Positions 15,126 to 23,560 of a stretch of 64,000 nucleotides of DNA are shown here, piece by piece. The notes under the pieces were generated by a model, which worked only from the letters and a program-made list of their open reading frames with translations, was not told where the DNA came from and made no database searches. Origin of the DNA: a virus. Lineage: Duplodnaviria; Heunggongvirae; Uroviricota; Caudoviricetes. The first letter of the stretch is position 1. The number at the start of each line of letters is the position of its first letter. The stretch lies in IMG/VR virus record IMGVR_UViG_3300044712_000568, positions 1 through 64,000 of that record. One strand, written 5' to 3'. A program made the translations under genes and the position numbers.

Positions 15126-15799
15126 ACGACTTTGTTTATCTTTTGCTATGGCCTGTAGTCTTTTGGCTCAAGTCCCAGCTGCTCCGACCTCACGGGTAAC
15201 TGATAAAACTGGAACTCTTTCTCAGGCAACTGTTACTCAAGTTAGTAACATGCTTCAAACTCTTGAACAGAAGAATGGCACTCAGGTATTAGTCTATATG
15301 GATTATACCTTGAATGGTGTTCCTATCGAAGATTTTGCAAACAAGGCCGCGAGAGCTTGGCGTGTAGGATCTGCCAAGAATAATAACGGTTGTGTTCTCT
15401 TTATCTTCAAAAATGATCGAAAGATGCGAATCGAAGTCGGTCGTGGTCTTGAAGGTGTCCTCACTGATACTAAAACTAAAGCTATTTTGGATGAAGTAGT
15501 TCGTCCTAAGCTTAAGGCCGGTGATTTTGACTCCGGAGTTAAAGGAGGTATTGAGGCAATCGTAAAGATTGCCTCAGGGGGAGAAGTGGGACGCGCCAAG
15601 TAACCAAACAGCTAAATGGCTTGGTTGGGCCCTTGTTGCTTTCGTCATACTCACGCTAGTAGTTTTAGCCGCATCTGGTGGTGATGTATTTCTTCCATTT
15701 GTAATTCTATCTGCACTAAGTGATAGTGATGGAGGAAGTGGAGGATTCAGCGGAGGCGGTGGTTCATTTGACGGCGGCGGAAGTTCTTCCGACTGGTAA
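15118..15799 (+). CDS. TPM-domain protein split by a frameshift (15118-15603 and 15569-15799)
   Basis: Signal peptide, VTDKTGTLS, WRVG..NNGCVLF, RIEVGRGLEG; the TM and GGFSGGGGSFDGGGSSSDW tail lie in another frame after a G5 run. Confidence 0.8.
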
Positions 15800-15846
15800 T
15801 GATTATTAGTGAAAATGCAGTTCCAATAAATAAAAAGGAAAAGACA

Positions 15847-16215
15847 ATGAGTCTTACTCTCACTGAAGAAACTGAATATAAGTCGTTGGCTCTCAGGGCC
15901 AATAACAACGAGCATCTTTCTGATACTGAACTTCGGCGTCTTGATGCTCTCGATGAAAAGAAGCGTCGATATAGTAGTTCTAGTCTTACTTCGACTGGCC
16001 GAGCTAAGGTTAGTCGAGTTAGGTCTAATAGTAGCTCTAGCAGTTCTTCGCGCAGTTCCTCGGATGACAGTTCTAGTCGTAGTTCTAGTTTCGATTGGAG
16101 TTCTTCGTCCAGTTCCAGCTCAAGTTCTAGTTCTGATGATTCTAGTTTTAGCTGGAGTTCTTCGTCTGATTCGGGCAGTAGCTTCGATGGTGGCGGAAGT
16201 AGTTCTGATTGGTAA
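15847..16215 (+). CDS. Ser-rich protein ending in the same SFDGGGSSSDW tail
   Basis: Low-complexity Ser/Asp tract with synonymous codon variation. Confidence 0.65.
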   Translation: MSLTLTEETEYKSLALRANNNEHLSDTELRRLDALDEKKRRYSSSSLTSTGRAKVSRVRSNSSSSSSSRSSSDDSSSRSSSFDWSSSSSSSSSSSSDDSSFSWSSSSDSGSSFDGGGSSSDW

Positions 16216-16253
16216 TCTAAAGTTTTACTATAGGTTGCCGATATAGATGGTAT

Positions 16254-16328
16254 GGGTCCTTAGCTTAAATGGTAGAGCGAAAGACTGAAAATCTTTAGGA
16301 CTGAGTTCGATACTCGGAGGACCCACCA
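16254..16328 (+). tRNA. tRNA-Phe(GAA)
   Basis: GGGTCCT/AGGACCC, AAAGA-CTGAAAA-TCTTT, ACCA. Confidence 0.93.
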
Positions 16329-16337
16329 TCCATCCAT

Positions 16338-16414
16338 TGCTCTGTAGCTTAGCTGGTTAAAGCGCCATCCTGATAAGATGGAGATCGGTAATTCGAATTT
16401 ACCCAGAGCAACCA
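16338..16414 (+). tRNA. tRNA-Ile(GAT)
   Basis: TGCTCTG/CAGAGCA, CCATC-CTGATAA-GATGG, ACCA. Confidence 0.93.
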
Positions 16415-16435
16415 TTCTATTAATTAATAACATAC

Positions 16436-16515
16436 GGGTCTTGGAACTGCTTGGGGTGGTTGCCTCCTTTGCACGGAGGAAATTCAGAAGGGTTCAAATC
16501 CCTTAAGATCCACCA
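16436..16515 (+). tRNA. tRNA-Ala(TGC)
   Basis: GGGTCTT/AAGATCC with G3:U70, CCTCC-TTTGCAC-GGAGG, ACCA. Confidence 0.88.
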
Positions 16516-16526
16516 ATTACATAAAT

Positions 16527-16556
16527 AGCCACCTATAAAAGGGTGGCTTTTCTTTT
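16527..16556 (+). terminator. Intrinsic terminator
   Basis: AGCCACC/GGTGGCT hairpin followed by TTTCTTTT. Confidence 0.75.
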
Positions 16557-16564
16557 GGAGAAAC

Positions 16565-16912
16565 ATGCGCGAAGTAAATGTAAAACGACTTGAACTATTA
16601 GAGAAGGTAAAGATTAATCGGGAAGCTCATCGCGGTCTTTTTCTTAATGCTCAAGAAGGATTTAAAAAGGCTGTTCTTGAAGCCCTTGAAAAGTCCTTAG
16701 ATGATGCTAGATCCGGTAAGCGGTTTAATAACTTTTGGCAGTTACCTGAACCTATTGATCAGACTGCTGAATATGACCGAACTATTGCCATGCTTGAAAT
16801 GAGCGTGGACGAAACGATTACTCTGACTTCTCAAGAATTCGATTGTTATGTAATGGACAATTGGAACTGGAAGCAGAATGTAACTCTTCGGAATATGTCC
16901 TATACTAAGTAA
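16565..16912 (+). CDS. Hypothetical phage protein
   Basis: GGAG RBS; 115-aa helical ORF. Confidence 0.7.
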   Translation: MREVNVKRLELLEKVKINREAHRGLFLNAQEGFKKAVLEALEKSLDDARSGKRFNNFWQLPEPIDQTAEYDRTIAMLEMSVDETITLTSQEFDCYVMDNWNWKQNVTLRNMSYTK

Positions 16913-16919
16913 CAACGAT

Positions 16920-16961
16920 AGTGACGGGAAACTATGTTTTGATCATAAGTTTCCCGTCACT
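16920..16961. promoter_or_regulatory. Strong intergenic hairpin
   Basis: Perfect 14-bp inverted repeat AGTGACGGGAAACT/AGTTTCCCGTCACT; no U-tract. Confidence 0.6.
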
Positions 16962-16988
16962 CCCTCAATACCTGAAAGAAGGTTATTT

Positions 16989-17246
16989 ATGCGATATCTT
17001 TTGTATATTCCTACAGGAACTGCTATTACCTTTGGAGTCTATGAAGATGAAGAAGTAATTGATCTGGATTTGTTTATTAAAATAAAAAATAGAGAATCAG
17101 ATGTTTTTAGTAACGTGGAAAATATTATTCATGACGTTGTTAAATTAATGCGAGAAAATCCTGTTGTTAATATAAAATTTATTACTCGCAATGATATACA
17201 ACTTCCAGCAGATGAATCTGACTTTACTATTGTAGAACGAGAATAG
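16989..17246 (+). CDS. HIP(S/T)G-family small protein
   Basis: MRYLLYIPTG...SDFTIVERE. Confidence 0.7.
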   Translation: MRYLLYIPTGTAITFGVYEDEEVIDLDLFIKIKNRESDVFSNVENIIHDVVKLMRENPVVNIKFITRNDIQLPADESDFTIVERE

Positions 17247-17254
17247 GAATTTAT

Positions 17255-17668
17255 ATGGATTTTCGAATGCGTTGGGAACGAGAAGAAGCAATGATTTCTC
17301 GCCTAGTTGAACGATTTAAGCCACTATTCCCAGATCCCACTAAACCAAATATTTCAGTGCCTCTTGGTTGGGAGGCTGTTTTAGCTGAAACCTTTGAGAA
17401 ATTAGCCGGAAATCGAAATGGAGATAAAGACTTACAGATTCTACAAGTTAAAGATAAGTTTGCTAATTTGAGAATCTATACAAATTTTTCCAGCGAAAGA
17501 ATTGTGCGCATCATTGCTGAAGCAGAAGCTCGTATGGATGGCGTATGTATGAGTTGTGGATTAGAAGATGAAGAAGTAACTAATCAACCATCTTTTCAGA
17601 TTCTCTGCAAAAAATGTGCAGAGGAATACAGAAAAACTAATCCAGATAATTCCGACTCTGATGACTGA
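17255..17668 (+). CDS. Phage hypothetical protein of the 'QVKEKFGxLRxY...CxxCG' type
   Basis: PLGW...QVKDKFANLRIY...CMSCG...LCKKC. Confidence 0.7.
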   Translation: MDFRMRWEREEAMISRLVERFKPLFPDPTKPNISVPLGWEAVLAETFEKLAGNRNGDKDLQILQVKDKFANLRIYTNFSSERIVRIIAEAEARMDGVCMSCGLEDEEVTNQPSFQILCKKCAEEYRKTNPDNSDSDD

Positions 17669-18265
17669 ATGGTGTGTATTTCATATACCGAGTAGTGAAT
17701 ATCTTTATTGTCACATGGCTAGTTCTAGGATGTTTATGTTACCATCCATGAGAGATAAAGCTAGCGGTCTTTTACAAGTATCTGAAGAAATTCACATTTA
17801 TCTATTACCACCTGGAATTCCCATTAACTACGATTCACCAACAAAATTCTTTAGAAGTAACGATAAGGATTATTTATTAAAAATTCTTAATGAAGAACTA
17901 GCTAGTCATAGTCTTAATTGGAAAAACATAGTAATAGAAGAATTTGAGTTTCACGAATTTCATAAAGGTCTTGTTCCAGTAGACGAACTTTGGCGAGAGT
18001 TCACTCAAGATGGCGTTATGAAAACGCCATTAGAAAAGGCTAAGGGATGTTCCTAGTATTACATATTCCAAGTGGGCAATATCTTTGGAATCCCGTGCTT
18101 AATACATATTGGGCATTTGGATTTAAACCAATAGCCAATCAATTAGTAGATCCAAATTGCCCGGTTAATATATTATCCGATTGGGATTTTATTAGAAAAG
18201 CAAATCCTCAAATTGATTGGAAAGCTGCTCTTCTGGAAGAATTCGAAATCGTGGAGAAGCTATGA
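17661..18265 (+). CDS. Two HIP(S/T)G-family proteins (17661-18056, 18047-18265)
   Basis: VFHIPSSEYL...EEFEFH; VLHIPSGQYL...EEFEIVE. Confidence 0.72.
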
Positions 18266-18502
18266 TTAAGCATCCGAGAGTTGGACAAAAAGTAAGATTT
18301 AGTGATTTAGGACTGGAACAAGTATTTGGTTCTGCTATCGGTAAATCTTTTATGAAACAGAAGGTAATGACTCTTACTTTTGTAGATAATGAGTCAATGA
18401 CCGAACCAGAGGAGACTTTTCTGGTTGAAGTAGATGATCCAGAAATTAATCAATTTATGATTGATAACTGGTGTTTTGATTTGGTATATTCTGGAGAAAC
18501 TA

Positions 18503-19564
18503 ATGACTCGTATTTTAACTGATCCTAAACTTGATTTTAGGGATGTTTTATTTGTTCCTAAGCGATCTGAATTAGGCAGTCGTTCTGAAGTAACTCTAGA
18601 AAAAGAGTATATCTTCAAAAATTCTAAGCTGAGTTATACTGGAATTCCTATTATTGCTGCTAACATGGATGGTGTTGGCACAATGGAAGTTGCCAAACTT
18701 CTTGGAAATTATGGTATTATGACAGCTTTAACAAAGCATTACGAATTGGAAGAGCTAGTTGCATTTTTTAATAATTTAGATCTTCTTAAAAGAGATACTG
18801 TAGCTTATAGTCTCGGTATTTCTGATGAGGATTTGGCAAAGTATGATCTCTTTAAGCAAAAAGCACATGCCAAATACATCACAATTGATGTAGCTAACGG
18901 GTATTCTCAAAAATTTATTGATTTTGTCTCTAAATTTAGAGATACTAATAGAGAAGTAGTTCTTATTGCAGGAAATGTGGCCACTCCAGAGATTGTAGAG
19001 CAACTGCTAGTTTCCGGCGTAGATATTGTGAAAGTTGGAATTGGGAGCGGAAATGCTTGTTCAACTCGCATTAAAACTGGAGTCGGCTATCCTCAGCTAT
19101 CTGCCGTCATGGAATGTGCTGATGCAGCGCATGGATTGGGTGGTCATATTATTAGTGATGGCGGCATTACTTGTCCTGGCGATGTAGCTAAGGCTTTTGG
19201 TGGTGGCGCAGACTTCGTAATGCTGGGTTCATTCTTAGCTGGAACCGACGAAGGCGGCGGTGCAATCCTACTTGATCCCGAAACCGGAAAAAAGTATATC
19301 CAATTTTATGGCATGAGTTCAAAAACTGCCCAAGATAAACATGGGCATGGTCTTTCCGAGTATCGTGCAAGTGAAGGTCGAGTTATTAAGATTCCTTATA
19401 AAGGTTCTATGGAACCTATTGTAAGAGATTTGCTTGGTGGTTTACGATCTGCTTGCACCTATACCGGAAGTAAGAACCTAAAGGAACTTCCTAAAAGAAC
19501 TACTTTCTGTATGGTTCAGCAACAGGTATCTACCCTTTATGGACTTGGGGAGTTAATGTCATGA
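18503..19564 (+). CDS. guaC: GMP reductase
   Basis: KLDFRDVLFVPKRS, IIAANMDGVGT, IDVANGYS, KVGIGSGNACSTR, YRASEG. Confidence 0.93.
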   Translation: MTRILTDPKLDFRDVLFVPKRSELGSRSEVTLEKEYIFKNSKLSYTGIPIIAANMDGVGTMEVAKLLGNYGIMTALTKHYELEELVAFFNNLDLLKRDTVAYSLGISDEDLAKYDLFKQKAHAKYITIDVANGYSQKFIDFVSKFRDTNREVVLIAGNVATPEIVEQLLVSGVDIVKVGIGSGNACSTRIKTGVGYPQLSAVMECADAAHGLGGHIISDGGITCPGDVAKAFGGGADFVMLGSFLAGTDEGGGAILLDPETGKKYIQFYGMSSKTAQDKHGHGLSEYRASEGRVIKIPYKGSMEPIVRDLLGGLRSACTYTGSKNLKELPKRTTFCMVQQQVSTLYGLGELMS

Positions 19565-21029
19565 TAATGTTATTTTTAATTAGTTTTTTAGTTTTAATGC
19601 TTCATATCATTCTAACAGAATTTGCTAGAATGATTATTTTTGATATTAAGTTTTTTGTTTTTCTTTGGATTAAAGCTCATTGGAAATATACTAAATGGGT
19701 TTTAATTATTCCTCCAATTTCTTTTATTTGTTTAATTTCTTTTGTTGTTATAACTGCCATTGGTAGTATTAAACAATTCTGGATTGATTATTCGAAGGAA
19801 TCATGAAATATATAGATCTACTATTAGCATGGCCTTTATGGCAACGTTATGACAATCTCAAAGAACCTTGGCGATTATTGCTATGTTTAGCAATAGTTTT
19901 ACCTCCAATTTGGATTCTTAATGGTGCTGTAAAAGCATTTGGATGGAATCCTTCTCCTTTTGTATATAAGTCATCCGCCGTAGCAATGTTATATATTTGC
20001 TTATCGGCTGGCTGGAAACTATTTAAAATTCGGGAGTAGTTAATGTATTTTATTTTTGCTTTTATTTTCTCCGTTTTATTTTCTTTAATTTTTCTAACTA
20101 AAGAATATACAACGGTTAAAAATGATACGCTCTCTGCTTTTTTGTTAGTCTGTGCTAACTGTGTAGCAGGACTTATTTGGCCCATTTCTTTGGCCATATT
20201 AGTGGTTTATGGTATTTTTATCTATACTACAAAAAAGTTCTATCCACTCATTGAACGCATTCGTGAGCGTTTTGATATCACTGACTAGGAGATTTAATGA
20301 ATAATCTTAAAGATATGCCTCTGCTTCCTCCTTTTTGTCCGCATTGCCATAAGAGTTTCTTTTGGTCCGGACCAGCGTATACTCAACAAAAGAAAAGCTG
20401 TATGTGCAAGAAAGGTAGAAAACTATTTGCTGATTGGATGAATACTCAGTCTCAGCTTATGTCCGAAATGACTGATCCAACTGAATCTATTAAACCGGAT
20501 GCTGTTCTCGAAGTTACTACTCCAGAAGAACTTCCGCATATCACCGAGGTAGAAACTGATGGCCGATCCGATTCCTGAAACTCCAGTTCCAGTTCTTCCT
20601 GAACCTCGTAGAGAACCGCCTCCAATGCCAGTAGTTCCAGAACCAAAGCTAAATCCGCTTCCTGGATCTAAGGAATATAGACAGTCGCAATACGGCGAGT
20701 ATTATGCTAGTCTTTACACTCAGTTAGTTATTTACGGGAAGTCTCCAAATCTAGCGGCAGAATTGGCTAGAGAGGCTTCTGAACATATCATGAGAGCGGG
20801 TTATCCGTTCCCACAAATTAAGGTAGGATAAATGCGAGGAAAAAAGCACGATCACGGAGTTATTGAACGAACAGAAGTGATCACTAGCACATCTAAGATT
20901 GCGCAATTTAAATATTTTCTATTAGTAATAGACATTGCAACTAAGAAAGTTATCTCTCGATTTGGACATTTCACTTCTCCAGAAGAGGCTGAAGACTTTG
21001 CAAAGGTGCATGGTATCGTTTTGGAATAA
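19561..21029 (+). CDS. Cluster of small hypothetical and membrane proteins (19561, 19803, 20043, 20297, 20559, 20832)
   Basis: Coupled short ORFs; the first three are hydrophobic. Confidence 0.55.
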
Positions 21030-21032
21030 TCC

Positions 21033-21368
21033 ATGTTTCGTATTTTGTGCTTTACCACAGGTCAGCACATTAAAATTCCAGCCAGCTTGTCTCAAGACAT
21101 TGGCATTAAAATGCCATCAACTATTCGTGAAGCTATTGGAACTCCGCTAACTAAACTACAATATAAGCGTTGGTCAGAACCAAGAGCATGGGAATACGCT
21201 GAGTTTGATACCGAAGAGGCAGCAAAATGGTTTATTTCACATAGGCTTGTATTTAATCCTAGACGAAAAGATCAGTCAAAGCTAGAATTTATGCGAGAGC
21301 TCTTTGAATTCAATGATATTCCTGGTTGGGAGACAATCAAGATTGAATTTGAAGCCGATCCAGTATGA
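21033..21368 (+). CDS. HIP(S/T)G-family-like small protein
   Basis: FRILCFTTGQHI...FDTEEAAKWFI...IEFEAD. Confidence 0.6.
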   Translation: MFRILCFTTGQHIKIPASLSQDIGIKMPSTIREAIGTPLTKLQYKRWSEPRAWEYAEFDTEEAAKWFISHRLVFNPRRKDQSKLEFMRELFEFNDIPGWETIKIEFEADPV

Positions 21369-21759
21369 AATTCGGTAGAATTTTTATTCGCTGTTGGATA
21401 ATAGCGAGTTTGTTTCTGTCACTGGTCGCCATTTTACGTGGCGGTTATTTACTTTATTTTCTTCTTAGAAAGTCTTAATATGAATGATTTTAAGTATCTG
21501 AATGTGGTAAACGATGGCACTTCTAAGGTTCAACCTAAAGCTGAGCCTTCTTACCGTGTTTTAGATTTCCGATACGATGATCATAATCGGAGTCTCATTG
21601 AGCCTCTTCATGGAACTACTCCAGAAATGGCTGCTCAGAAGTATTTATTTGAACATCCCAGGGAATTTATGGTGCATGTTCGAGTCATGCTTCCAGAGTT
21701 TAAGTATGAAAAGTTCAATGATACTTTAATGACTAAAAATCCAGCTATTCAAAAGATGC

Positions 21760-22167
21760 TTAAAGAGACGGCAGAACTTTAGCTTGCTTAATAAATTGAG
21801 CAAGTTTTAAATCTTCGTCCCATAAATGCATCAAGAATCTACTTTCAAAAAGTTCTAATACGGTTGTAACATTGGCTCCAGCTGAGAGCGCACGAAAAGC
21901 AACCAAATAAATTTCTTGTAAGATTCTATGGGCATTTCTATGGCGCTGGAAATCATCTGCTGGATATTTTACTTCAAGCATTAGCATTTCTTCGTAAGTA
22001 AAATGAGTAACTAAGAGATCTAAATAGGTTTCATATAGTTGCTTAATTTGTAGTGGCTTATTTTCATTGGCTAACCTTTTGATTTGTTCACCAAGTTCGA
22101 ATAATTCTTCGTGTTGGTCATCAATAGTTTTATCGCCCGTAAGCAATTCTGGATTCATGCTGGTCAT
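21760..22167 (-). CDS. Bacteriohemerythrin
   Basis: TGDKTIDDQHEELF, HFTYEE, YP...H...H, HLWDED. Confidence 0.9.
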   Translation of the reverse strand: MTSMNPELLTGDKTIDDQHEELFELGEQIKRLANENKPLQIKQLYETYLDLLVTHFTYEEMLMLEVKYPADDFQRHRNAHRILQEIYLVAFRALSAGANVTTVLELFESRFLMHLWDEDLKLAQFIKQAKVLPSL

Positions 22168-22251
22168 ATACTTAATTAGCAAAATCCCCCCTTGGTAAAA
22201 AATCACAGAATTAAGTAAACAATTTGTAGTAAATAACGATAATATGGTTCT

Positions 22252-22337
22252 GGTAAGGTCTTCACTGGCACGATAAACGCACTCGAAATGCGTGGGTCCG
22301 AAAGGATTTGCAGGTTCGATTCCTGTCCTTACCGCCA
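22252..22337 (+). tRNA. tRNA-Ser(CGA)
   Basis: GGTAAGG/CCTTACC, ACGCA-CTCGAAA-TGCGT, long variable arm, GCCA; weak D arm. Confidence 0.85.
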
Positions 22338-22339
22338 CT

Positions 22340-22428
22340 GGAAAATCGGTAGAGTTGGATGCGCTACACTACCCTGGAAAGGTAGAATCCGCAAGGGTTA
22401 AAGGGTTCGAATCCCTTATTTTCCGCCA
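22340..22428 (+). tRNA. tRNA-Ser(GGA)
   Basis: GGAAAAT/ATTTTCC, CTACC-CTGGAAA-GGTAG, GCCA. Confidence 0.92.
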
Positions 22429-22470
22429 TAACAAGCCTAGTCACTGTCATCGGATATACTAGGCAGCTTT

Positions 22471-22559
22471 GGAAGATCGGCAGAGTTGGATGCGCTGCGC
22501 TAGTTTGCTAAACTAGAGTTCGAAAGGGCAAAAGGGTTCGAATCCCTTATCTTCCGCCA
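22471..22559 (+). tRNA. tRNA-Ser(GCT)
   Basis: GGAAGAT/ATCTTCC, CTAGT-TTGCTAA-ACTAG; near-copy of Ser(GGA). Confidence 0.92.
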
Positions 22560-22584
22560 ACCTTTTTATTTTACGGAGTCTTAA

Positions 22585-23004
22585 ATGACCATGAAGCAAG
22601 CACTAACTTCCGCTGGCCTGAAAGAAACAGCAGAACCTGAAAAGACTGTTCAGGTGCGTTATAAGGTTCTGCATATCCCAACCGCTTCTTACATTCATGG
22701 CTTTGACGCTAAAACGAATTCGTTTAAACTCGCTGTGTTTGTAAATAAAGCTAAAGCTGGACACGCACGAGACGATTATCGCCTTCAGCGGTTTAAGGCT
22801 CGTTCTTATTCTGGTCATGGTTTGTTCCTTGATGAAGATATTAAGAACGCTCCTAAAGATAGAAACGGAAGAGTTTCTAGTGTCTGGCAGATTCAGACTC
22901 AGATACGAGAAAAGATGAGAGCTCACGGTAATTTCCACAAGGAAGAGTTTGATCTTGTTCCAGTAGAGGATTCTGATGCTAATGTCATGGCGGTGGACTC
23001 TTAG
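22585..23004 (+). CDS. HIP(S/T)G-family protein
   Basis: YKVLHIPTASYI...FVNKAKA...EEFDLVPV. Confidence 0.7.
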   Translation: MTMKQALTSAGLKETAEPEKTVQVRYKVLHIPTASYIHGFDAKTNSFKLAVFVNKAKAGHARDDYRLQRFKARSYSGHGLFLDEDIKNAPKDRNGRVSSVWQIQTQIREKMRAHGNFHKEEFDLVPVEDSDANVMAVDS

Positions 23005-23330
23005 GGTATCTGCTCCTAAAAATAAGGAGCAGATGCTTGATACCAAAGCTACTGCCTATTTGTTTGATGAAGTCTATCGCATCTGCTTTGCCAATAACCG
23101 GCAAAAATACTACTTCGAAATTCCAGCGTTGGAATACAAACCAGAAGAGTTAATTAGAGTGGCAGAAGATCACTTCAACACAAATAGGCAGTCTTTGGAT
23201 GTAGCCAAATGCGTTAGATGTAGCAAATGGCATGTAATTGATGGACAATTTTGTAATCGTTGTAAAGATTCTATGAAAAGTTACGATACTTCTCAAGTAA
23301 GCGTAACAGAAATAGAAGTTCAAATTTAGT

Positions 23331-23407
23331 GCCGCAATAGCTCAGTTGGCCAGAGCGCCTGCCTTGTAAGCAGGGGGTCAGGGGTTCGAATCCCTTTTGC
23401 GGCTCCA
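23331..23407 (+). tRNA. tRNA-Thr(TGT)
   Basis: GCCGCAA/TTGCGGC, CCTGC-CTTGTAA-GCAGG, TCCA. Confidence 0.95.
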
Positions 23408-23414
23408 TCCTTAT

Positions 23415-23479
23415 GGCGAGGGACTAAGTAACAGTGACTGCAGATGCTGTTACTGGACGAAAGTCAACCCTCGCCTCCA
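23415..23479 (+). ncRNA. 65-nt D-armless mini tRNA-Cys-like RNA
   Basis: GGCGAGGG/CCCTCGCC + T + CCA; long hairpin with CT-GCA-GA loop; GAC-GAAA-GTC mini arm. Confidence 0.68.
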
Positions 23480-23485
23480 TTTCTT

Positions 23486-23559
23486 GGGGATTTCCGTTAG
23501 TGGTAAACGCTTGGACTCCAAATCCAAAGCCAACTGTTCGATTCAGTTAATCCCCGCCA
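23486..23559 (+). tRNA. tRNA-Trp(CCA)
   Basis: GGGGATT/AATCCCC, TTGGA-CTCCAAA-TCCAA, GCCA. Confidence 0.92.
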
Positions 23560-23560
23560 T

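Noticed and set aside
15970-16210. AGTTCT-rich quasi-repeat tract
   Set aside because: Explained by poly-Ser coding with mixed codons, not a DNA repeat element.
22435-22464. Hairpin GCCTAGT/ACTAGGC containing CACT between Ser tRNAs
   Set aside because: CACT is on the 5' side of the loop and does not form the A|W...CHC|U bulge; treated as a simple spacer hairpin.
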